Source of the DNA: Ylistrum balloti
Lineage: Eukaryota
DNA: 64,000 nt
Direction of reading: 5' to 3'
NCBI RefSeq assembly: GCF_031769215.1
Contig: NW_026782022.1
Span: forward strand, 434,001-498,000
This document shows, piece after piece, positions 13,101 to 25,400 of this stretch. A program made the position numbers and the translations under genes. Within the stretch, counting starts at the first letter, position 1, and every line of letters starts with the position of its first letter. The notes beneath the pieces are model-generated. The model was not told the origin of the DNA, made no database searches, and was given only the letters and a program-made list of their open reading frames with translations.

Positions 13101-15501
13101 CATTTAAACATATGTGGTTCAGAATATACACATGTATTTAAAGCTGTTCTAAGATTATCAGAGATATAGAAATTCATTTAAATATTGAGCTGGTGCACCT
13201 CCCCCTCTAGAGTTTGATCTTTTTTCGATTATTTGGATTTTCTTCAGTCGTCTCCTTCACACTTTAGGCCCTTAACATCACTGATGAGTCCTAGAAGGAA
13301 GAAACAACCGTACGATTCAGTTTAATTATTTGGCTCAAATGTATGAGTGTGTCTTTTGCATAACCTTCTATAACTCGTCAGTGGTGCTAAGGACCTAGAT
13401 TTTGAAACCTAGGAGCTACTGAGGAAAAACTGATCTAATGAAATGTAATGATCCAGATTACAAATTGCCCTAGAGCATGTTTCAACTTCTAAATATAGAT
13501 TAATCTGATCAATCAAAAGATTATTAAGTTCGTTTAGGTATTCTGAATGGTGCGATCCCATTCAAATGCAGCAAAACATGGCATATAGGTTACGGCAAAC
13601 ATCGGGGAATATAATTCACCAGCAGTGTTTACCACTTGCAGTTGTAAGGATAAATTTCATTGCGACGTTATATAGTATTACTACAATTATAGGCCACCTG
13701 AACAGGTTATTTATGTGATATATAAAGTACTCTAGGGAAAGAAAACATTTCATAGTAATGAAATCTCACATGCGGATTTATCACCTAATAACCCTTAAGA
13801 GCTTACAAACATGTAAAGGTCAGGTGACATTCACAATTGTCATAAAAACAATAAAGCAGTAAAACATGTGCATTTATACAGGAAATCATATATATATTTA
13901 TATATAATATCCTTGTAAACAGATCAATTACTGTTAACATTCACTGAGAATAAATGGCATGTAGTATGCATGCTATTTCAAATATGGAATATAATGTTGC
14001 TATGTGTGTTCCTTATAATAAGTTACATGTCCTACTTATTTTGTAAAATATAAAGGTCATGTTTTGACACTCACGTCATATTGATCTATTCAAAATATAC
14101 CATAAAACGAGTCAAATCCTCTATTATTCGGCAAGTATTCCTCCTTATAAAAGCCAAGGTGCCACTTTCCAACCATATGAGTTGAGTACCCAGCTTCTCG
14201 CATTTTATCAGGAAGGGTGGGGCTATCTCTTGGTAGAGCATTAGGCATATTCCCTGCTATATGTCTGTGTTGTAACCCAGTATGTGTCTATTGATAGAAA
14301 CAGGAAAGTGTTAGACCAAAAGCTGAGTGTCAGCAGCTGGGAAATAATGACCTCTACAAAATGTTTATTTGGTATTTAGTCTATATGTCAATATCAGACA
14401 TATCATTTGTCAAATAGTAACATAAAAATACAAGCATCATAACAAAAACTTAACGTAAGAAAGCACTTTACATTTACAGGTGAGACCCTGAATATGCACA
14501 AGAATATGACAGGAAGGGTATCCAGATAATTTTTTTCGACAGCATTCAATACGATTGTTCCACAAACAATTATATATATATATGTATTAAACAGTAAAAG
14601 CAACCTGGTATCTGCCAGACATTAATTGACTCCTCGATGGTGTACATATTGGTTGTACATAGTAGTTCTCAAGCCGTACTCCCGCTTTTGCAAGCCGGTC
14701 CAAATGGGGTGTCTTAATTTGTGATCCGTGATATCCAATATCATTGTACCCATAGTCATCAGCAAATATGAAAACTATGTGAGGTTTCTTTGTTCTAACG
14801 TCCTCCTCCTCAAACTTCTACAACAAGACATGTTTGAGTTATATTTAGATTACGTATTTTTAGACAGATTTCGATGAGTTTGAGTTACTACACCAGTCAA
14901 TAAACAACATGAATTTCAGATACATGTACACAAATAGCATATACCCTTCCTTCATTTATCTGTTCCACTGTGCTGGTTTATCATCGAAATCATAAAATAT
15001 ATACACCTCTGATTCTGGGTCGGAATGTTAAGAACTAGATCCATTAAAATATTTTATATAGCACACATGCAAACACTCCCCCGGAAAATCTGTAAATGGG
15101 ATGTAAACGGTCGAAATTCACCTCAACGTCTTCCTTTGTGCCAAGCATGTGTATCACTTCGTATGTACTTACATACTAAAGTGTAAACTAACATGACATA
15201 ATGCGTACGCCATCTCTTTTATCCATGAAAAATCCTCAGTGTGACAATGTTCTCTACAAATATATTCACATCTAGTTCAAACTGCTTTCATATTAATATG
15301 AAAAGAGATACATGGCTCCATTTTTACCTATATACCGTGCGGTAATGATAGAATACTCACAGGTGTGTTTCCAGTCTCGATCGGCAATGCTTTGTTGACG
15401 GTGTCATTGTACCCTCGAAACCAGATGATGTATAGGATCACCATTAATACACTGATACAGAGCATAAACTGCCCAGCATTGTTCAGTCTCATTACCATCA
15501 T
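7114..15501 (-). CDS. ARSB: Arylsulfatase B-like, copy B, complete (~529 aa), with extra N-terminal hydrophobic exon
   Basis: Exons 15501-15361, 14817-14605, 14287-14101, 12582-12413, 11903-11792, 11560-11465, 9688-9445, 9209-9058, 7388-7114. All introns are GT-AG, frames join, and the total is 1590 nt. Motifs: [50 protein letters not shown]. Confidence 0.93.
8675..8800 (+). repeat. Degenerate copy of the hammerhead-bearing repeat
   Basis: ccttaGCATCA-CTGACGA...TGATGCagt with stem I intact and core 3' half decayed. Upstream ggattttcgtcagtc / ttcaaaattt is shared with the 13.2 kb and 28.4 kb copies. Confidence 0.5.
10983..11098. repeat. AT-rich microsatellite cluster (TA)n/(TACA)n/(TAA)n
   Basis: Directly visible. 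Confidence 0.85.
13230..13430. repeat. Inverted pair of hammerhead-bearing repeats
   Basis: Plus strand 13274-13318: aacatca-CTGATGA-GTCC TAGAA GGAA-GAAA-C AACC GTA. Minus strand 13420-13364 reads cctaggtttcaaaatctaggtccttagcacca-CTGACGAG-ttatagaagg (truncated core). Confidence 0.6.
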
Positions 15502-16218
15502 ATCTACAAAGAAAACACGAGGTCATAGCTTTGTACAAATTAAACTATAATTCAGTTGAACTGTCTTGCATTCGTACCTGCAAGCAAGGTATTTGAAAAT
15601 CATCAGGTTCGTTCAAGACATTTATTGTAGGTGTCCGAGCAGCACTAGATGGCATAACTCATATACTTTAATTTATAATAACAAAGAAACATTTATAAAG
15701 AAAACCATGCTATTCGCCTGCTTGTTTGGCTGGTCGTAGCTCTAGTTACACTATATATACACATCTGCTTACCTGCTCATATATAATCACACATCAACGT
15801 ATTCGATGCACGAGGCTAAACATACCACCGACAGAACGACTAGGTGTATATACTTTCGCTCTACTTGTCCCCATAAAATGTAAATCTCAGCCTGGTGTAG
15901 AAATAGTTATATTGTCGTTGTTATCACAGGCTGTCCAGAAACTCTGATGAATATACTGAAGCGACATATAATCGATTTTCTTCATTTGTACACTTTAAAA
16001 CGTCCTACAACATCTAAAAGGACATGGGACACCAAATGTTTTCTCCTTGTAAACTGCTGTTATGCCTTGTTAACGATATTGAAAACCCCACGTCAATCAT
16101 CGCAATATTGTAACCTTGAAGCGTGACGCTCATGGGTCATTGTGTTTTCACGGATTTATGGATCCAACACACGTGCCGTTGTTTGTGTAGAACGAACTAG
16201 GTTAGCCAAGAAAACTTT

Positions 16219-17379
16219 CATCATGCCATACTGTGCAGTTTATAACTGTAAAAGTAACTCGAAAGTGCATAAAGATGTTTCATGGTTCAGGTTTCCCAGT
16301 ACTGATCGTGACCACGCCAGGTTTAAATCATGGCTTCATTATTGTTGCCGAAAGGACTTTGTGCCGTCTACTCACATCAGTTGAGCAAAGATCCGTCATT
16401 TTATGCGACATTTGGTTACGAGGGTGCGAAACCAGTCCTGAAGATCGATGCCGTTCCTGATGTGCCATGGGACTATGGAATTTCGTCCGCGATATCAAGA
16501 CTAGCCACTACACCCTCCCCCAAGGCTCGAAGTACCGTACAATTAAGACGAAGACTTGAGGTAATTGAATCATATTCTACAAAAACTATTCAAATTCATT
16601 TATTAAATCATCAAAATATTTTGGGAGATAGTAAAAAATTCAGTACACGTTTATCTTGATAGGTACTAATCCTCTGAATGCGCTTGTTCATTGATATCTT
16701 TACACAATACAATTACACTGACTTTATAATGAATCAGGTAATTTTAACTTCTCCCAGGTTCTACAAGAGGCAATGGCATACAGCATACATCATGCCATAC
16801 TGTGCAGTTTATAACTGTAAAAGTAACTCGAAAGTGCATAAAGATGTTTCATGGTTCAGGTTTCCCAGTACTGATCGTGACCACGCCAGGTTTAAATCAT
16901 GGCTTCATTATTGTTGCCGAAAGGACTTTGTGCCGTCTACTCACATCAGTTGAGCAAAGATCCGTCATTTTATGCGACATTTGGTTACGAGGGTGCGAAA
17001 CCAGTCCTGAAGATCGATGCCGTTCCTGATGTGCCATGGGACTATGGAATTTCGTCCGCGATATCAAGACTAGCCACTACACCCTCCCCCAAGGCTCGAA
17101 GTACCGTACAATTAAGACGAAGACTTGAGGTAATTGAATCATATTCTTTTTAATTTTCAAGTGCCATCACAAAAACTATTCAAATTCATTTATTAAATCA
17201 TCAAAATATTTTGGGAGATAGTAAAAAATTCAGTACACGTTTATCTTGATAGGTACTAATCCTCTGAATGCGCTTGTTCATTGATATCTTTACACAATAC
17301 AATTACACTGACTTTATAATGAATCAGGTAATTTTAACTTCTCCCAGGTTCTACAAGAGGCAATGGCATACAGCATACA
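16219..17379 (+). repeat. Direct tandem duplication, units of 569 and 590 bp
   Basis: ORF translations from 16233 and 16802 are identical. Unit B has 21 extra nt after 'catattct'. The junction has a 2-nt CA microhomology. Confidence 0.92.
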
Positions 17380-17500
17380 GAGTAGTGAAAATGGTACTAC
17401 ATATATCAAGACTCCAGAACCAGATTATGATGTGTATAGTATTACAGATATGTACATTCATCTACTGAAGACAAGAATATACAAACAACAGTGATCTCAT
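16223..17500 (+). pseudogene. THAP-domain gene fragment (transposon-derived, possibly Kolobok-like), frameshifted and tandemly duplicated
   Basis: MPYCAVYNC...WFRFP...W...R, then TGA at 16382; LKIDAVP continues in another frame and the CxxHF segment is missing. Donor CTTGAG|GTAATT and acceptor ttctcccag|GTTCTA give RRRLE|VLQEAM. Second copy starts at 16792. Confidence 0.75.
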
Positions 17501-17607
17501 CAACTAGAACCCGAAGAATTCAGGTTGGGAAACCAAATTTGGCAAACAAATTTTCAAGTTTAGTAGTTCAGTGTGATATTGAAGCAGAATTGTCATTACC
17601 TTAAAAA

Positions 17608-18700
17608 CAGGGTTCGACATTAACATTTTTTCAACTAGACCAGTGGACTAGTAACTTACAATTTCTACTAGACCATTTTTGAAAAATGAAGAACAAGTTT
17701 AAAGTGCATTCTCTCAGTTGTTATTTTACCAACATTGAGACAAAAACAAAACTACAATGTAAAAGAATGTAATACATGTTAAATCATAGAAACAATGTCA
17801 ATAATCATTCACAATCCTTTACCAGAGGACAACATGTAAAATCTTTGATGTAATTATTATGATTATGTCATTTGCACTTTAAAAGAATAAATTACACTTG
17901 GAGAGTATCAAGTCACATTCAGTCAAACTGAGGGCGCCTGGTCCTTTGGCCTCCATGCCATCATAATTCCAAAGCTCTCTGACAGTTATAGTGACCTAAA
18001 CTTGGCCCTTTCAATAGAAATGGCCATTGATATGTTCAGCATTCCAATATCTAGCTTAGACCTCCAATCAGATTTCTAGACATTGTAGAGAAACCCGTCT
18101 CACATATTGCACATGAGACTGGAATACACTAAATGATTTCTACAAGCATAAGAATGTTTTCAAAGTTTTGTTTAAGGTTTTGGTTTGTGAAAATTCTGTG
18201 ATAGAAATCTGTAATATTGATATTCATTGGCTGACTTTCATGGGCACTTTAAGAGAGGGCCATTCATCTTCTTTAAGATGAGGAACATCACCACACATCC
18301 TGTTCAGTACCACTAATAATGGTCACAAAGGCCATTCACAGCTTCTTCCCCATATATTGCTCGCTCTGCTTCGGAATCTGGTAAGTTGACAGGGTAAAAC
18401 ACTTGCATAGGATTAAGAATCAGGATAGATTCTACATCTCCGACTCTTTGAGTAATGTGATCAAAAACCAGGTCAACAAAAGTATTCTGTTTGTTTCTGA
18501 GTTGTTTTTGGGTCAAAGTTGGGGCAGTTAGTTGGGTATTTCTACAAGAAATTCTCGGAGATTTTTTCCTTGTTGATGGTGTAAAGCAGTGAGACGTAGG
18601 CAAGCAATCTCAAGTATTTCAGATGCTTCTTGCAAGCCACAGCTATCCCTTTGAAAGAAGATTCTTTCCAATGATTGACCAGTGCTTAAATTACTGTTTA
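17608..18700 (-). mobile_element. Degenerate hAT transposase remnant (ZNF862-like, C-terminal dimerisation domain)
   Basis: Minus-strand pieces LERIFFQRD...GKNLREFL, FVDLVFDHITQRVGDVESILILNP...YGEEAVNGLCDHY, and CIPVSCAICETGFSTMSR..SDWRSKLDIGMLNISMAISIE, with many stops and frameshifts. A hAT-like terminus CAGGGTTCGACATTAAC is at 17608; the opposite TIR was not found. Confidence 0.7.
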
Positions 18701-19455
18701 CGTTTCATGAAAGTAGACCGAATTATTCTGACGTTCTATGTACTAGATCCGATGAATATCATAACTCCTATATAAAGTGAGGGAAATAAGCGACTCGCGC
18801 CTGGGTCGGCATTCAAACAAAATTTTGAAAATAAATAAGCATTTTCAGATGTTGAAAAAAGTCGATAGATCGTCAGAATAATTAGGATTTAATTTCAACC
18901 GAGACGGATGGTTTGCCCGTTTAAGAAACCCAGTCATTGTTCATTGTTAAGTATATTTTACACAATATCAAATAATGAGATTTGATTTATTGAAAAGAAA
19001 TTACAATGCGTCTATTACAGTGAGAATTATCTTTAAAAATGGTGAGGCGTATGAAAATCCTAGCAAAACATTGCATTTGAAAATAATTAATTTCTAACCA
19101 CCAAAAGACTTAACATAAAATCGTTATTGAACCGCTATTTTCCTTCATTTCATTGCCATTTTTCATTCTTCTACAAAGGTGAGTAGCAGTAGAACATTTG
19201 ATTGATGATACAGAAGAAATCAAAGGAAAATAAGTCTGATAGTCGTTAGCGTTGCGTGTTGTTTAATTTCGTTAGCAATGTGATAGTACTGATAATAAGA
19301 TATCTTCCATTTTCATAAAAACATAGATGTTGCTAATTAAACACATCTAAACAAGAACGCTCGTTAGATAAAGATGTGTATTAAAAGGCTGATAACAATA
19401 TTCTGTTTTGAAATATATACACTGTTGTCAGTTGTCGCAGGCACATATTACAACA

Positions 19456-22400
19456 TTACATTTCCCAGGGTCCCCACCAACCCCCATGGAGCTTAGGGTT
19501 GGAATTCGGGTCAGCAAGAGGATAGGCACACGGAACAGCTGTCACATTCAGCTGCTGTAACATCGTCAGCATTTTCATCACCATATCAGGATAGTATGCT
19601 GACAAATCCACTCTTTCCACGGGATCCTTGGCAATATTAAACAGCCATATATTCTGTTCTGGTTTACTAGAGTCTATATCCATGCTGGTATTCTCTCTAG
19701 TTGGCTCTGGTATCCAGCTTCCATTGCCTGTAGTGTAAAATAAATGTAATTAATGTTACATTGCCTCCTGGATATGTTTAATGATTAATAACAGCTCATT
19801 AAGTCTATTTACTCATTCTAACAGTTTGTGAACACATAAATCCGCGGATAATGAGTACCCACGAATTCATCGAAAACTAACCACCATCGAAAATTCCTTA
19901 TTTCACAGCATATGTGTAAATATGACCAATAATGAGAGCGTGTGCATCTGATTTGCTCGTATTGTAAGTGAGTTTTAATATATAATCGAATGACTCACCT
20001 GGACTACCGGTTATCACTTTCCAGTCTCTCCACCTGAGAGCGGCCCTGTAGCGATTGTCAAAGGGACTCTCCTTTAGTTTGACTCCAACGGGTTTGGTCA
20101 GAGGATCAATGTTGTGTAGCAGTATTTCTCTGGGACTTTTAGCATCTTCACTGACAAAAGGGTATGCATAAGTATTTACATGATTGGAATACAATTGTTT
20201 TGAATTCTCAATTTTAAACAATCAAATATTAAATAGTATATGTCTTAGTAAACCCAACCACTAAATGGTCGGATGGTTACGTATTATTTGTCCTACAATA
20301 CGTTTTAGGATTCCTGACCTGAAAAACTTTTCATGTTTAAACTCTTTTGATACAATTCTACGAATCTACGAAGGAAACCAATTGCAGATAACGCAGCATC
20401 ACAAAAGGTATTTGAAACAAATTAAGCTGCCGTACAAATGTTAAGTCACGCGTTATCTTTAAAACCAGACCTTGGCTTGCTTTGATGTCAACTAGTGATA
20501 CCGTAATTCAGGCATATACCTACAAACCTGATTGTTTTCCATTGGTCGAATCCATCCAGGGGTTTGGTGCCGTTTAGAGAGCCTCCTGCTAGCCCTATCA
20601 ATGTTGGGTACCAGTCTGTTACATGTATAAGTTCAGAGGATATGGTTCCTTTTTTCTGTAGGGCTTTTCCATGTACAAATCCAACGCCGTGTATTCCTCC
20701 CTCCCAAAGTGATCCCTTCCAGCCTCTCAGAGGCCAATTATTACCACCTTTTAATATCTGTCCACCATTGTCTGACAATAAATTATGGTTATGATGAAAT
20801 GGAAATTGGTCGTATACATAATTTACATATTTGAATTAAAGGAGATTACAAAACGTGTTCAGTAATGTTGTAGCACCGTTTCTAACTTCTATGATCAACA
20901 ACTGAATATATAGCATATATTCATCATATCATTTTATTTTACAAATTGTTAATATTCTAGTGAAGACCGATTTCTATGACGATTTAAAACAGATTAATAC
21001 ATCATCTAAAGTTATCGTTAAAGTGTTTACTTTTTACATTTAAAGTTCATTTCAAAACTTTTTCTTCAAAAAATCCATCAAACAATATCCGTGTAATAGG
21101 GTACGTATAATAGATATTTAAGAAAAAATCAAAATCAACAGCTGGCTTGAACTAACGCTTTCACCTCTTCGGAGGTTCTCCAGTTTTATAGATACATACC
21201 AGTGGAGAAGATCATAATGGTATCGTCCCAAATCCCTTTGGCTTGGAATGCTGCTGTTACCTTTCCTACCGCTTCGTCCAACGCGTCCACCATTCCTGCC
21301 AGTTGAAGTATGAATTTAGCAAATACATTCATATCTACTTTCCAACCAAAATATATCAACAAGAAATCCAAAAGTGATTTTGGCACCAGCATTGTATAAT
21401 AAGCAATTGTGAAATCAAAGATAGTGGCCCATCAGCAATTGGTTTTCCAGTCCTAAATCAAACGAGTACAACTAGATCAAGCACAACTAGGGATCAAGCA
21501 GACTCTACGTTTTGAACTTGAGAAAGAAGAATTCAGCATTTCTCAAGAAATAGCGATGATAAACTGTAACTGTCAAAATCCATGATGGCCACCTGTCAGC
21601 CATTTTATAGTCTCAAACTCAAAAGGACAATAAAAGACCACAGACAACCTTCTATCTTTCTGAAAATAAAAACAGCGAAAACAAAGTTTTCTGAACAGTC
21701 CATAGAATGGATTATTTATATCTAGTGTTCAAGAAGACTATACTATTGAAAAGATTGATGTAAGGAAACACGATCGACGCAGTGCGGACGTAACACGATC
21801 TGATAAACCCATTATTACTTAAATGTCAAATCATCGGAAATTCCATATTCTAAGGGTGCCCTTTTTAATGACTGTTGGGATATGTCTTGAAGCAAATGCG
21901 TTCTTGAGTTCTGATAAAGACTATGTGAATTTACCGACAAATTAATGCAAAAATCTTAATCCAAGCTTGTAATCGATGAAATCGGGAAAAACGGAGCAAG
22001 ATTAATTTATAATTTATAGATTTGATAAAAGGGTAGAAAACTAGGTATCCTTATTCTATCTATATAGTCATATAAACGTCTACCTTAGTGTGTAGATAGA
22101 TATCGATGAACAACCAGTAAAACATTCTGAGACGCTTTACTATTTTGATGGTTTACATTTCGTGAAATAAATCTACTGACCTGCATATGTTTGTCTTTTT
22201 TTATCTTTGATAAAAGCATACTTGTTTTTGTACCGAGAGGGGACTTCTAAAGGTCCATGAACAGCTTGAAATGCCAGGTAGAGAAACATTGGCTAAAATA
22301 TAGAATATAATGTTTAACATGAATGAATCACATATCAAAGGATCAGTACCTAATAACGATAAAATCAATAAGATCTTGAGCCTAACACAAGCTTAATTTG

Positions 22401-25400
22401 TGTATAAGATGAAGGAAAATCAACTGTAAATGATCAATAAAACTATGTCATAAAGATGTTCTGTTGTACAACGACTATTCAATGATGATAGCCAAACGTG
22501 CGGGAATCAAACTAACGGAAATGTCAAAATAAAATCAACCGAAGGCAAAGTGAAGAATACAGGAGAAGTGTGCCAATGATTTTGAAAGAAAGAGGGTGGG
22601 TGGGGTTGTAATTATCTTCTGTGAAAAATGCTTTACCGTATTATGGCGCGATAAGCTATTAGCGGCAGCATGTAAGGTAGATATATATACTAAACAAAAA
22701 AAGAAAGGTAACACTACTTTATTTTGTGATTAATTAATTAACCCCTTCATAAATCCTTACCAATCATGTACGAATAAAGTAATTGATCAATTCTGATAAA
22801 ACTGCAGTCATGGTTCATTATAAAACTTTGCGTTCAGTTGATTTTATTCGACTGTAAAGGACGTTGGGATCAATTTCAAAGGTAACGCCATTAGTAACGG
22901 GTATGGCCACAGTTTGCGAAGTAAACAGCATTCCAGCGTCGTCGCATGGAACTCGTAAACCAGCGGATAATTCGAGGAGAGATGTTGTTCCATTCAGCGA
23001 TCAAGGCTTGGGCCAGCTCCTGCAAGTTTGACGGCTGATTTTGACGTTCTCTCAGGCGTCGCCCAAGAACGTCCCAGACATGCTCAGTCGGTGACAAATC
23101 AGGTGATTTATATGGCCAATCTAACACCTGTACGTTATTCTGCTGCAAGAAAGGTTTGCTGACGCGACTGGTGTGCGCTGGTGCGTTATCCTGTTGAAAA
23201 ATGGCGCCAACGCCATGGCGTATTAAGAATGGCAGAACCACTGGTCTTAAAATTTCGTCCCGATAACGAATGCCGGTTAAATTGCCATTTAACACAACAA
23301 GCCTGGTACGAGTCCCCTCACAAATACCACCCCAAACCATTACACTTCCGCCGCCAAAGCGATCCCGTTCTGCGACGCAGCAGTTCGCAAAACGCTCCCC
23401 TCGTCGCCTCCACACTCTGCGCCTTCCGTCACCGTGTTGTAGACAAAACCTGGACTCATCTGAAAACAGAACATTGTTCCATTGTCGTAGGGCCCAACGA
23501 CAGTGAACACAGGTCCAGTTACGCCGATTATTACGGTGACGTCGCAACAAATTGGGTCCAGTGTAGGGACGCCGCGCTTTCAATTGGTAGGCCCTCAACC
23601 TGTTGCGGACTGTTTGGGGAGACACACGACGCCCAAACAATGTCCTTGTAGTCTCTACTGCGGTTACGAATCGATTGCGCAAGTGTATCAATCGTATATG
23701 ACAGTCATCCCTGGCGGTCGTTTTACGGAGTCGGTCGCTTCGGGGACGATCGGATGTTGACCTAGTTTGGTTTAAACGACTTTCCAACTGGCAAATTGTC
23801 TTAACACTGCAACCAAAATGCCGTGCAACTCGACGGCGAGACTCCCCAGCCTGGATCATGCTTACAGCCCTTTCTCTCTGTACTTGTGACAGCCGGGGCA
23901 TAATGATAAAGTTGATAGGGAGCAAGATTCGGTGATTTCTAAGTCCTAAGGATCTAAGGAACAGTTGTCAGTTCGAATGTTTATGAAATTCAAGCGAAGA
24001 TACAAGTTAGTAGCAGAAAACCTCGTGCAGCTCTTTCGCTAATACAGACTTTCACGCTTGAATGATTTGGTAACCCCCTTGGATTTTGTAATGTAAAACA
24101 TTACCAATTTCTAATATTGCACAAACGTCATTTTGTTTTCACTCATTTACAGGTATTCGCCACGGAAACATGTTAACCTTTCTTTTTTGTTGAGTATATA
24201 TAGAGTGAAATGGAAGCGAAATGTTTTGATAGGCAAAAAGGGTAGAACTACAGTTATCAGTTAGAAATCAGTTTAACAGCACAGCAGTCATTTTCAGAAA
24301 GGAAAGTATTATTGTATAGGCTAAAATAATTGACTTATTATAATCAAAGATATGTCCTCAGCACATCCGAATTGATTTTTGTGGTAAAGTGGGATACAAT
24401 ATTTCCTTCGGATAAGAAATGAAATAGATCCGTGACATCTGTTACGAAGTCCACATACAGTGGGTAAACACAAAAGCTTAAGATCACATATGTGATGCAC
24501 GTTTTTATTGATTTTTGAATGTTTTATTTATGTTATATCACCCATATAGTGCTGTCCGAATTCTATAGATGTAATATGTAAATAACTATGATTCTATCAT
24601 AGTACCAAAGACATTTTTCTATTTATTCTCATAAAGGTGTCTAGTAGAAATAAAGAATGCTGAATAGATATAAAAGTTAGGTTTGTGTTAATTTTATATC
24701 TTCTATGACTTGTATTTCAGGTTCAACCCTTTACATTGATAAAGGTACAAAGGAAACATCTCATGGGTATATATGAAATCCATATGAATACAGCTGACGT
24801 AGAGGCGAAAGATCGAGCGATCGTATCAATACACGCAAATCCTATTAAATAAGCTAGACATGTGTCTGTATTATATCAAGTTGCAAGAATTAGAGTTAGC
24901 CATAAATCGATTGTTCAGCTGCATAATTCATTTTTGCACGTCTTTCAGTCGTATTATACAAGTTTCAACCATAATTGAAGAAAAGGTATATTCTGATATT
25001 GTGTAATGTTTCAGGCGAATTTGCAAAAAAGATTAAGATAAAACATGTCAATTCAATGTATACAGCACCTTTCTTATAGAATTCGATAATTATATCATAC
25101 AGTTCAACCATGTCGAGTCTCGTCTGAATTGCATACTTAAACAACGTAAAGAACTAAAATTTTACAGAATATTCTGTTTTCATATATCAGCAGATATGAT
25201 AAATTAACTTTTTAAATAATCACAATTGTGTAAAACATAAAAGACGTGAAAACATATTTATATGTCTAGAAAACTGATTGTATCATTATTTATGCATTGT
25301 AAAGTCTTACTTTGGAGGAGTTGTAATTGTTGACTAAATCTATCACACGCTTGCTGTACATCTCTGTGGAATATTCACTGGAATTCGGCAAAATGGGCTT

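Noticed and set aside
16382-16384. In-frame TGA in the THAP ORF as selenocysteine/readthrough or a micro-intron
   Set aside because: The downstream THAP motif is in a different frame and conserved residues are missing; the nearest GT-AG spans only 20 nt. A deletion is simpler.
23181-23760. Plus-strand ORFs of 78-156 aa within the Tc1 element
   Set aside because: Antisense to the GC-rich transposase; expected by chance.
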